Below are positions 9,061 through 17,513 of a stretch of 64,000 nucleotides of DNA, in pieces (position 1 is the first letter of the stretch; every line of letters starts with the position of its first letter). Under the pieces are notes generated by a model. It was not told the DNA's origin. It did not search any database and saw nothing but the letters and a program-made list of their open reading frames with translations. Made by a program: the position numbers and the translations under genes. This stretch comes from Candidatus Curtissbacteria bacterium (GTDB taxonomy: Bacteria > Patescibacteriota > Microgenomatia > Curtissbacterales > GWA2-41-24), in contig JAUSJC010000005.1 in the NCBI GenBank assembly GCA_030647775.1, forward strand, positions 3,911 through 67,910. Reading direction: 5' to 3'.

Positions 9061-9951
9061 TCAGATAGATTTTTTAATCAAGGCAGGGATGTCTTCAAAG
9101 TTTTCGGCAACGATTGCTCCGGCCCCGCGAAGCGCTTTGATTTTTTCTTCCATATTCGCTTCCAGCCCGACAATCGCCCCGGCGTGGCCAAGAGCCGTGT
9201 CCTTAGGCAAACTTTCGGCAAATTTCCCGGCCAAAAAAACAATAAACGGTTTGGTAAATTTACCTTCTTTAATAAGTTTTGCCGCTTCAATTTCGCTAGA
9301 CCCGCCAACTTCACCAAAAGCCACAACTACTTTTGTCGCCGGATCATCTTCAAATTCTAAAAGCAAATCCGCAAAACTTGTTCCTGTCAAAAGATCCCCT
9401 CCAACACCCACGACTGTCGACTGCCCAAAACCGCTGGTTGTAATAAGCATCGCCAGCTCCGAACACATTCCCCCTGATTTGGAAATAACGCCAACCTGCC
9501 CTTTGCTAAAAACCGCACTGGGGTTTGGCCCGCCGATGGAACCGATTTTGGCCTCTCCCGGCGAAATGACTCCAACTGATGCCGGACCCAGAACTCTTAC
9601 CCCTTTTTTGGCGGCAGCCGCCAAAATCTGGGCAACGTCCAAAACCGGTATCTTCTCTACAAATATGTGGACTAACGGAATCTGGGCACTAATTGCTTCC
9701 AGCGCTGCAGCTTTTGCCAAAAGCGGCGGCACATAAACCATCGAAACGTCAATCGGTCCGGCCGCTTCCATTGCCTCTACCACACTATTAAAAACCGGCA
9801 CGGTATCTACTTCTTCTCCGCCTTTACCGGGCGTCACACCGGCCACAAGCTTTGTTTCATAATCCAAAAGCTCGGAAGCCGCCTGCGTACCGGATTTACC
9901 CGTGATTCCTTGTATCAATACTCTGGTTGATTTATTGATTAATATCGCCAT
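9061..9951 (-). CDS. CoA-ligase alpha-type subunit (SucD-like; ATP-citrate lyase/citryl-CoA synthetase component)
   Basis: QGITGK, GVTPGKGG, SKSGG, GEVGG, phospho-His motif LGHAGA; start at ATG 9951. Confidence 0.9.
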   Translation of the reverse strand: MAILINKSTRVLIQGITGKSGTQAASELLDYETKLVAGVTPGKGGEEVDTVPVFNSVVEAMEAAGPIDVSMVYVPPLLAKAAALEAISAQIPLVHIFVEKIPVLDVAQILAAAAKKGVRVLGPASVGVISPGEAKIGSIGGPNPSAVFSKGQVGVISKSGGMCSELAMLITTSGFGQSTVVGVGGDLLTGTSFADLLLEFEDDPATKVVVAFGEVGGSSEIEAAKLIKEGKFTKPFIVFLAGKFAESLPKDTALGHAGAIVGLEANMEEKIKALRGAGAIVAENFEDIPALIKKSI

Positions 9952-9955
9952 AACT

Positions 9956-11191
9956 TTACACTTTCGACTTTGACTTTGACTTGTACTTTTCCGACAGTTC
10001 CACCATTTCCCTTGCCGCCGCCGAAATCGGCGTTTGGGGCCCGAACAAATGAATATCAAACCCCTCGCGCTTAGCCAGAGTCTTAAGCATTTTATACGCT
10101 TCTTCCTGCCTTGGCCCCCCTCGCCTAACCACGATTGGATAACTAACTTTCGGCTTTACGCTTTTTAGCCCGTCGGCAAAACCCGCAAGGGTTTCATAAA
10201 TATCCGTAAAATTGGCCACCGCTCCGGCAACCAGACAACCCGAGAGCCTGGGTCGCGAAAGGGCTATTCTGGTAAGTTTTTCTACCTTTTCCCTCGACGG
10301 GTTTCCGGAATACTCGGTGTAATTGGCAGGCTTCCCTCCCGCTGCCGCAACCGAGTCCATCACGAGAAGCGACGCGCCGCCGCCCGAAGCCAAAATCGCT
10401 ATATCACCAGCCAAATCCAAAAATGCGCTGCCTGCCGAACCGCGGTAATCACCCTCATCAATCTTCTTTGCCGCCAGCTCCCTCTCGCTAGGCGCAGCCG
10501 TTATTGCCCCTTTTGGGATAAAGTCAAAATCCTCATGGCGCCCAAGGCCGTTATCATCCAAAATTACTTTGGCGTCGAGCGCCAAAAATTTTCCGCCCTC
10601 CGTTTTGGCAAGCGGATTAATTTCCAGTAGCCGGCAGTCATTTTTGGAAAATGCTTCCCAGAGTTTTGTCGCAAATTCAAAAGAAACGGGAAACTTCTTG
10701 AAATCGCCTTTTGCCGGCCCGGCAACCGGATCGATATAAATTTTTATGACCTCTTCAGGGTTTTGGCGTGCTACCTCTTCAATCTCCATGCCGCCTTTTT
10801 CGGAAAACATTAAAAATGGTTTTCTAAGCGCGGTATCGTAAGTAATTGAAACATAGTATTCAGCCTCAAAACTGGCTTTTTGGGCAAGCAGAATATATTT
10901 GACTTTCTCCCCGTGACCAGCCTCGCCCGACGAGCGTGCGAGTCTAGGCGGGAATTCTTTTCCCAGAAATTCTTTGGCAAATTCCAAAAGCCCCGCTTCG
11001 CGGCTGCAAACTTGCACTCCGCCTGCTTTCCCTCTTCCGCCGGAAAGCACCTGCACCTTAGCAACCACGGGGAATTTTAACTTTGTCCGGGCAGCTTTCA
11101 CCTGCGCAGCTGTTTCACAAACAATAAAAGCCGGGCTTTCGATCCCGGCAGAGGCAAGTACTTTATGCCCCTCAAATTCAAAAAGCTTCAC
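9956..11191 (-). CDS. ATP-grasp subunit with ATP-citrate-lyase-type citrate-binding domain
   Basis: KVQVLSGGRGKAGG, LEINPL, ASGGGAS, NYTEYSGNP, VANFT, RRGGP. Confidence 0.88.
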   Translation of the reverse strand: MKLFEFEGHKVLASAGIESPAFIVCETAAQVKAARTKLKFPVVAKVQVLSGGRGKAGGVQVCSREAGLLEFAKEFLGKEFPPRLARSSGEAGHGEKVKYILLAQKASFEAEYYVSITYDTALRKPFLMFSEKGGMEIEEVARQNPEEVIKIYIDPVAGPAKGDFKKFPVSFEFATKLWEAFSKNDCRLLEINPLAKTEGGKFLALDAKVILDDNGLGRHEDFDFIPKGAITAAPSERELAAKKIDEGDYRGSAGSAFLDLAGDIAILASGGGASLLVMDSVAAAGGKPANYTEYSGNPSREKVEKLTRIALSRPRLSGCLVAGAVANFTDIYETLAGFADGLKSVKPKVSYPIVVRRGGPRQEEAYKMLKTLAKREGFDIHLFGPQTPISAAAREMVELSEKYKSKSKSKV

Positions 11192-11245
11192 TGTAGCTAA
11201 ATTTTAGCAGTATACTTGGTTTATTTAAAGCTACACGTTAAAATA

Positions 11246-11296
11246 TACAGTGCCATGCGGTTCTCGTCCCGATGGATATCGGGGCTGCGGGCCTAG
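11246..11296 (-). mobile_element. Family A micro-element with nested CCCGAT…ATCGGG hairpin
   Basis: ATA then TACAGTGCCATGCGG…GGGCCTAG, between TAAAAT and the GNAT start. Confidence 0.7.
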
Positions 11297-11301
11297 ATCC
11301 T

Positions 11302-11751
11302 ATGGAAATATCTTTAGCAAAACCCCAAGACGCCAACGCGATTCTAGTCCTACAAACCCAAATTTACCGTGTAGAATCGCTTGCCCCAAACGCGAAAGAG
11401 CTGCTTTTGGCGCTAATCGACGCTGATTATTGTAGTGTTATTGTAGCCAGAGAAAACCTGCCTGCCGGCAAGGCAGGCGGCAAGGTCGTCGGCTCTGCTT
11501 TTCTCTTTTACCTTCCCCTGCCCGCCCACGGCAAAAATTTTGCATATCTGGAAGCAGTAGTCGTCGACGAAAAATCTCGGGGCAAAGGCATCGGTACCGC
11601 TATTTCCAAAAAGGCCATCGAGCTTGCCCGCGCCAACAATTGCTATAAAATGATCTTCACTTCCGGCTTCGACCGCGAAAAAATCCACAAACTCTACGAA
11701 AACCTGGGTTTCGCCAAATGGGGCTACGAATTCAGGATGAACCTAGACTAA
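11302..11751 (+). CDS. GNAT acetyltransferase
   Basis: VVVDEKSRGKGIG, LYENLGF. Confidence 0.9.
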   Translation: MEISLAKPQDANAILVLQTQIYRVESLAPNAKELLLALIDADYCSVIVARENLPAGKAGGKVVGSAFLFYLPLPAHGKNFAYLEAVVVDEKSRGKGIGTAISKKAIELARANNCYKMIFTSGFDREKIHKLYENLGFAKWGYEFRMNLD

Positions 11752-11761
11752 ACTGGTAATT

Positions 11762-11848
11762 TTAGGCGCGCAGTCCGAAAGACGAGCACCGCAAGCTCAC
11801 GAAGTTAACTTTAACCCGAAGGGCACAAATTGACCTAACTGGTCAATT
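11762..11848 (+). mobile_element. Family A micro-element carrying the current terminus of the winged-helix gene
   Basis: Removing it restores GGA TAT AAA TTA CCA GTT TAG in frame. Confidence 0.65.
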
Positions 11849-13130
11849 TATATCCGCGGGTTTTCACCGTTACTATCTGATATTTGCTCTTTTGGCTCTT
11901 TAGTTTTGTTCGCAGTCTAGCTACCAGCCTATCAATCGTCCAATCCGAAACCCCCAGCTCCTCTACTTCCGGCCAGACCCTTTCGATAATCTGTTCCCTT
12001 TCGCAAACTTCGTTTTTACTGGCCAGAAGGAAATCGTAAAGCTGTTTCTCTTTTTTTGTCAGGTCCACTTTTTCCGCGTCCTGTCCGTTATTTTTTAAAC
12101 CCCCAACATAACCTGCAAAAAGCGGGCTGAAAATGGCGTTGTCTTCTCCAATAATTCCCGTTTCCCATAGATAACTACCGCCGCTCCTATCCTTTTTCTC
12201 GGGCTCTTCACCGGCAAGAATTTTTAAAAGCACCATGCGCTCGTCAGAATTTAAACTTTCCCAAATCTCTTCCGATTGTAAAGTTACTCTCTCGTCCGAA
12301 GTTATCATGTCCAAATAGTTTGTCTCATCGATCTTTTCCGTCTTGCCGCGCTGGTTCAAAACAATTAGGCAAAGCTGTAAATATTGGACGTGCCCTCCCG
12401 TCAAATCTAAGAGTTTCTCGCGAAGCGCACGTGTTGGGTGAATATTATATTTTTCCTCCAAAGTATCGAAAATAATTTCCATATTGGCGCGCTTGGCCGG
12501 TTTGACATAAACCGGGTGGGAAAAAACCGAAAGGAGTTTCCTTTCAAAAACCTCCGGCGCGATTTCATCAAGCGCCCGAAAACTCGTAAAAACATAGGAA
12601 AGTTTGTGGCCGGTCTCTTCATGCAGGGCTATCAGGTTGCGGAAAAATTCGGGAGTGATAGCACCGGCGAACCTGTCAAACCTTAAAAAGAAAAATGTCG
12701 GCAAAATCCCCTCTTTGGCAATTTCGGAAATCGACTTTCTAAATGATTCAATCGCCAAAAAAGCATCCCGGGATTGGATTGTCTCCAAAAACCTAACGGA
12801 AATGTCTTTCTTTACCTTTGCCGGAACGTCCGATTTTTCAACTTTATCGGAAAGTCTTTTAAAGGTCAGGATCCAAAATGGAAAAAGGTCAATTTCTACC
12901 AGATTATTAAGGTCGACAGGAATAAACAAATGCTTTTCCCCGTGATTAATGTATTTGGAAACGGTGTCTTTATGATAAAGAAAGAAACGCAAAAAGTTGG
13001 AGATACCGACACGCTTCATACCCACAAGCTCAACATTATAGCGCAGCCTCAAATGCTCTCCCAAAGTACGCGCATCTTCCTCACGAAAACTCAGGGGATA
13101 TTTGGCTTCAATATGATGAATAGCGTCCAT
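11835..13130 (-). CDS. Degenerate P-loop/AAA-like domain plus OmpR-type winged-helix protein
   Basis: GMKRVGIS, LTGGH, IDRLVARLRTKL…TVKTRGY; start moved to ATG 13130. Confidence 0.8.
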   Translation of the reverse strand: MDAIHHIEAKYPLSFREEDARTLGEHLRLRYNVELVGMKRVGISNFLRFFLYHKDTVSKYINHGEKHLFIPVDLNNLVEIDLFPFWILTFKRLSDKVEKSDVPAKVKKDISVRFLETIQSRDAFLAIESFRKSISEIAKEGILPTFFFLRFDRFAGAITPEFFRNLIALHEETGHKLSYVFTSFRALDEIAPEVFERKLLSVFSHPVYVKPAKRANMEIIFDTLEEKYNIHPTRALREKLLDLTGGHVQYLQLCLIVLNQRGKTEKIDETNYLDMITSDERVTLQSEEIWESLNSDERMVLLKILAGEEPEKKDRSGGSYLWETGIIGEDNAIFSPLFAGYVGGLKNNGQDAEKVDLTKKEKQLYDFLLASKNEVCEREQIIERVWPEVEELGVSDWTIDRLVARLRTKLKSQKSKYQIVTVKTRGYKLTS

Positions 13131-13365
13131 CCTTCGTATGATATTACGAAGCACCATTGTGATACAACAATCACAATAGTTGGCGAAGTAATATGCGGAC
13201 TTTAGTCGCAATACTTTTTTACCAAAGTCTTTTGCAAATGATACCATCCCCAACACTTAATACTTGACACGTGATACTTGATATGTTCCCTTTGTCAGGT
13301 TTATGTCATTTAAAAGTTGTGAAAAGGTCAAGCACATAGCCAAAAGGTTCATTGATAATTAGCGT

Positions 13366-13590
13366 ATGGCAGAAAGAAATAGTGCAGGCGCGGCGTCCAA
13401 TGGGCAAGGACCAGATGGACATAGGAATGAATTCCGAATTGACGGCGATACTATTCACGTCCGAAGAATACCCCTCTCAGGACACCCTATTAGCATGGCC
13501 GGAACCATTGGCGAATTTTCAGAACCGATGCAAGAACGAATCCGCTTGCATCAAAGCGCCCTTGCCCAGAGACAAGACTTGGTAGGATAA
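13366..13590 (+). CDS. Small hypothetical protein
   Basis: 74-aa ORF with TTGATAAT 7 nt before ATG. Confidence 0.45.
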   Translation: MAERNSAGAASNGQGPDGHRNEFRIDGDTIHVRRIPLSGHPISMAGTIGEFSEPMQERIRLHQSALAQRQDLVG

Positions 13591-13623
13591 AACCTCATCA
13601 CCAACCTGGAGACAATCGTCTGA

Positions 13624-14364
13624 TTAGTTAGGATTTTCTATTATTTCAAAATTACTCCACACCTTCTGTACGTCGTCTAAATCTTCAAGCCGTTCCAGCA
13701 CATCAAAGATCTTTTTCTGGGTCTGGGGATCCGAAACTTCAACCGTCGTCGTTGCCCGCCTGGCAAGCTCCGCCGATTGAATAGCGAACCCCTTCTCGGC
13801 AAGCGCGTTTTTAACCTTATCCAATTCGTTTGGTTTAGTGTAGATTTCCACCGCATCATCACTATCCAAAACGTCATCGGCCCCCGCGTCTACTGCCGCC
13901 TCAAAAAGTTCATCATAACTCTTACCGTTTTTGGCAAGTGTGATAAGACCGCAGTCCGAAAACATCCACGACACCGTCCCCGGTGTTACGAAACTTCCAC
14001 CGGATTTTTCCAAAACGTTTTTAACTTCCGGTGTCGTTCTGTTTTTATTATCCGTTACCGCCTCAATCACGAGCGCAACCTTCCCCGGCCCGTACCCTTC
14101 ATAAGTGACGGAATCCAAAGCCCCTTCAAGCCCTTTGCTCAGCCCCCTGTCAATCGCTCGCAGGATTATGTCCTTGGGCATATTGACGGCACGGGCATGC
14201 TCCATCACCAAACGCAGTTTAAAGTTAGAAGCCGGATCTCCGCCGCCGCCTTCGCGCGCGGCAACCGTTATAGCGTTGGCAGCTTTTGTAAAAGTCGCCC
14301 CGCGCTTTACATCTGCTACGCCCTTTTGTCGCTTAATCTGCGACCACTTAGAATGCCCGCTCAT
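13624..14364 (-). CDS. yebC: YebC/PmpR family protein
   Basis: MSGHSKWSQIKRQK, YEGYGPG, TDNKNRT, DDVQKVWSN. Confidence 0.96.
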   Translation of the reverse strand: MSGHSKWSQIKRQKGVADVKRGATFTKAANAITVAAREGGGGDPASNFKLRLVMEHARAVNMPKDIILRAIDRGLSKGLEGALDSVTYEGYGPGKVALVIEAVTDNKNRTTPEVKNVLEKSGGSFVTPGTVSWMFSDCGLITLAKNGKSYDELFEAAVDAGADDVLDSDDAVEIYTKPNELDKVKNALAEKGFAIQSAELARRATTTVEVSDPQTQKKIFDVLERLEDLDDVQKVWSNFEIIENPN

Positions 14365-14555
14365 AACATCGCATTATACTTCCCGCGTTTGGGTGGGCGC
14401 CAGAGGAAGGGTTCCCGACAGCGCGCAGTTGACCAAACCGGAATCAGTACAACATACCGACACCCTTTGGGTAAAACGGGTACTCTTTTCCCCCAAAATC
14501 GTCTCATATTTTCTACCTATTGACGCCAAGTTCCGTATAATCTAATTTAGTGTCC

Positions 14556-15251
14556 ATGGCGAAGATCCTAAAAGAGCAGTGGCAAAACATCACAGATTAC
14601 GACGTTTTAGCCCAGCTTGCCGCCCAAGCCGCCCTTTCTTCTAACTGGCAGGAAGCTACCCGAATAAACGAAAAAATCCTCAAAGCCAACAAAGACAATG
14701 TCGAAGCCCTTAACCGCTTAGCGCGTGCCATGGTTTGCATGGGCGAATTGCCAAAAGCCCAAAAGCTCTATAAAAAAGTTCTGGAAATTGACCCTTATAA
14801 CATAATCGCCCGCAAAAATTTTGATAAAATTTCCATGTCCGGCCCGACTTCCCTCAAAACAAATGGTCAAAAAACTCCCGTTCATACGGTCAACGTTTCA
14901 AATCTTTTCCTCTCCGAACCCGGCAAAACCAAAGTAATTAATCTCCTAAATCTGGCGGCCCCAAGCGCCTTGGCTATCTTAAATTTTGGAGAACAAGTCA
15001 GCATAAAACCCAAAAATCATTCGGTTGTCATCACCACTACCGAGGGAGTCTACCTTGGAGCCCTTCCCGACGATCTTGCGCATAAATTAATCGCCTTCAT
15101 TGCCGGAGGGAATGAATACGAAGCCTATATCAAAGCAGTAACATCCAAAAGTTTGACTATTTTTATTAGGGAAGTCTTGCGCTCGTCGCGCTTTACAAAT
15201 CAGCCCTCGTTCCAAGCCTCACAAATATCATATTTTGATTCCGAAAAATAA
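14556..15251 (+). CDS. TPR-repeat protein
   Basis: EALNRLARA…YKKVLEIDPYN TPR pattern; EPGKTK motif. Confidence 0.85.
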   Translation: MAKILKEQWQNITDYDVLAQLAAQAALSSNWQEATRINEKILKANKDNVEALNRLARAMVCMGELPKAQKLYKKVLEIDPYNIIARKNFDKISMSGPTSLKTNGQKTPVHTVNVSNLFLSEPGKTKVINLLNLAAPSALAILNFGEQVSIKPKNHSVVITTTEGVYLGALPDDLAHKLIAFIAGGNEYEAYIKAVTSKSLTIFIREVLRSSRFTNQPSFQASQISYFDSEK

Positions 15252-15422
15252 GGAAGCAAAACAAGCTCTCTTATTACGACTCTGAAGAATGAAGAGGCGC
15301 AATACGCTCTCGTCTTTCGATAGCGAAGAATGAGCTATAAGCTCTCTTTAGCCCCGCAGTGCTGAGTTTATCGAAGCACGAGGAGCGCATGGCACTGTAT
15401 ATATTTTGATAGCGAGGAATAA
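15231..15422 (+). repeat. Array of four recoded C-termini of the TPR gene separated by AAGCTCTCT-type repeats
   Basis: YFDSEK* 15231-15251, YYDSEE* 15272-15292, SFDSEE* 15313-15333, YFDSEE* 15402-15422. Confidence 0.85.
15348..15399 (+). mobile_element. Family A micro-element inserted into an AAGCTCTCT|TAT repeat
   Basis: TTAGCCCCGCAG…GCGCATGGCACTGTA with nested GTGCTGAG…GAAGCAC. Confidence 0.7.
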
Positions 15423-15424
15423 CC

Positions 15425-15817
15425 CTAGTCCATTTTCCTTCGAAGATCCCTTACTGAAATTTCTCCGGACAAAATTTCGCGCCCTTGGCCGCCGCCGGCT
15501 ACCTCATTTATTATTTCTTCCGGCGAGCTCTCTGTTGAGCCCAAATCATCATATCCACCAACTTCCCATGGAAACGGTCCTACGCTACCGATTACAGCTT
15601 CTGCGTCGTCTTGCTCTGCATCTTGGTTCTCACTACCAGCCAGCACCGGCTCACCCGCCAATAATACTTCTTGCTCCGCCGCCTCACTTTCGGGCGTATC
15701 TTGGCTTATTGGCACCAAATACGACTCTTCTCGCTCGTCCTGCTCACGAACCAAGGAAAATAGGGCAATAATAAAAGAGGCAAAAAGAATAACTACACCA
15801 ACTATGACAAAAAACAT
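15425..15817 (-). CDS. Membrane-anchored acidic protein
   Basis: N-terminal TM helix and acidic disordered region. Confidence 0.65.
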   Translation of the reverse strand: MFFVIVGVVILFASFIIALFSLVREQDEREESYLVPISQDTPESEAAEQEVLLAGEPVLAGSENQDAEQDDAEAVIGSVGPFPWEVGGYDDLGSTESSPEEIINEVAGGGQGREILSGEISVRDLRRKMD

Positions 15818-16861
15818 TCAGAATAAACTCTTAGCAAAATCGCTTCCCAAATCAAGCATTATCGGTGCTCCTTGGGCATCGGACGGCGGGGCAACTATAT
15901 CACACTTAAAAATGTTTGCCAAATAAGAAACAGCCCGCAAGTTCTTGGAACCGGCGACTATCCGGCACCCGGCAGTTTTTACCTCACCGGTTCCCACGCG
16001 AGTCACGTTAAAACCGGCTGACGTTGCTATCTCGCCGGCCAGTTGCCCTATTCCGGCTGCTCCCGACGAATTTTTAACTTCAAGTTTTATATTTTGATCG
16101 GCCAAATTCTTGATTTCAAAATATTTATTGATTGTCTGGTGTAAAAGTTCGCTGTCCAGACCTTCAATTTGAGTACCTCCGGGTCCCAAAGTGCTTCCCA
16201 AAAACTGCCCTAAATCTATAATTTTAGGCGATTTTATACCAGATAATTTAACCTGCCACCATAACCTCAAAAGGTCAATTCGGGTAATATTTGTCGACTT
16301 TATACCCGGGATCTTCCCGACAGTCACAACTGCGGCGAGCGTCGAAAAAGAAGAAAAATTCCGGTAAGCCTCTTCCAGCGTTGCCTGGTCAATATCTTTC
16401 TTGTCTTTTAAAACCGCGTAGTTTTGGATATCCAAACCCAAAACTCTTGTTAGCACCTTGTTCATTTCCCCGCCCTTTCCAGTATTAATATCGCTAACTT
16501 TTATAGACGGGCTTGTCGCATCACCTGTTGGCACGTTCAATTCGTCGGGTACTTTCAAAACAACAATTTCGCCAATACCCTTATTGAAAACTAAAACTGA
16601 AGGCGGGGTCGTGGAAATTGCCGCCGCAAATGGCATCGCCTCATCCCATCTGGAATCGGAAACGTATTTCTTGAGGGAAATCGCGCGCATTGCCCCGTTA
16701 ATTATAAAAAAGCCAAGGAAAACACAGATAAAAATGGCCAAAAAGCCGCGCCACCTGCGAGCCGTTTCCATTTTGCGGAGAAAAACTTCTCTTTTTGCCC
16801 AAACGGGCCTTTTTGAAGATTTTTTGGTTTCCGGATAATCTGTCACAGTTGCCTTTGGCAA
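15818..16861 (-). CDS. LCP-like protein with LytR C-terminal domain
   Basis: TM anchor; EVKNSSGAAGIG…GFNV…LDLGSDF. Confidence 0.75.
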   Translation of the reverse strand: MPKATVTDYPETKKSSKRPVWAKREVFLRKMETARRWRGFLAIFICVFLGFFIINGAMRAISLKKYVSDSRWDEAMPFAAAISTTPPSVLVFNKGIGEIVVLKVPDELNVPTGDATSPSIKVSDINTGKGGEMNKVLTRVLGLDIQNYAVLKDKKDIDQATLEEAYRNFSSFSTLAAVVTVGKIPGIKSTNITRIDLLRLWWQVKLSGIKSPKIIDLGQFLGSTLGPGGTQIEGLDSELLHQTINKYFEIKNLADQNIKLEVKNSSGAAGIGQLAGEIATSAGFNVTRVGTGEVKTAGCRIVAGSKNLRAVSYLANIFKCDIVAPPSDAQGAPIMLDLGSDFAKSLF

Positions 16862-16907
16862 CCTAGACCTGCCCTAAAAATGAACCCTTACACGGAAATT
16901 TCGGAAG

Positions 16908-17054
16908 TTAATATCTATCTTTCTTTTTCTTACCAATAATTTCGACCTGCGGAGGCGCATAAACTCTGTCTATCTCCCCCGCCTGCTTTTCAAGCACTTC
17001 CTTCTTCTTTTTCTTTTTATCTCCTTTATAAAAGCCTCCGTACGATCCTCCCAT
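16908..17054 (-). CDS. 48-aa basic small protein (absent from ORF track)
   Basis: MGGSYGGFYKGDKKKKKKEVLEKQAGEIDRVYAPPQVEIIGKKKKDRY*; strong SD GGAGGAGG upstream. Confidence 0.7.
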   Translation of the reverse strand: MGGSYGGFYKGDKKKKKKEVLEKQAGEIDRVYAPPQVEIIGKKKKDRY

Positions 17055-17109
17055 AATTACCCCTCCTCCGTCATCAAGGCTTTAATATCAGAGGAGCGCC
17101 TTTGGCATT

Positions 17110-17145
17110 TTAGATTCGAGCTTGCGAGAATCGCATGGCCCTGTA
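17110..17145 (+). mobile_element. Family A micro-element in the loop of a larger hairpin
   Basis: TTAG…CGCATGGCCCTGTA; removal restores TTGGCATT|TATGCCAA. Confidence 0.65.
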
Positions 17146-17200
17146 TATGCCAAGGCGAACTGCTGATATAGTAACTTCCAAATAAACCCATGTTGATATT

Positions 17201-17318
17201 GTCATCCTGAACTGACTTTGTCATCCTGAACTTGGTTCAGGATCTATTTCAGGATCTAGATGCCGAAATATACAGTGCCATGCGCCCTCGTTTCGCTCGG
17301 GCTAAAGTTCGGCATGAC
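17201..17318. repeat. REP-like doublet cluster (GTCATCCTGAAC…/…GTTCGGCATGAC) with a family A element at 17271-17305
   Basis: Removal of 17271-17305 restores GATGCCGAAATA|AGTTCGGCAT. Confidence 0.7.
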
Positions 17319-17399
17319 ATCTACATTTATTCTATCAAAGCTAAGGGAGCTTCAACAAGTAGAGAAGTTTTGCTCCGCAAAATCGTTTTTAAAATATCT

Positions 17400-17513
17400 T
17401 TAGACCCGCAGTTCTGCACTGCAGAACGAGGATCGCAAGATTTTTTGTAATCAGAAAATTTTTAGGCGCGCAACGAAGTGAGCACCGCAAAATATTTTGT
17501 CCTCAAAATATTT
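17400..17513 (+). mobile_element. Two tandem family A micro-elements, each carrying a KIF* terminus
   Basis: Elements at 17400-17461 and 17462-17513; each excision restores CAT AAR ATH TTY stop. Confidence 0.75.

Noticed and set aside
8948-9736. Long antisense ORFs (also 13777-14523, 37065-37895, 40214-40765, 53696-54346)
   Set aside because: Shadows of well-supported genes on the opposite strand.
14380-14500. RNase P or SRP RNA (GAGGAAG… motif)
   Set aside because: Lacks GAGGAAAGTCC, the P4 partner strand and the SRP GGAAGGAAGCAG motif.
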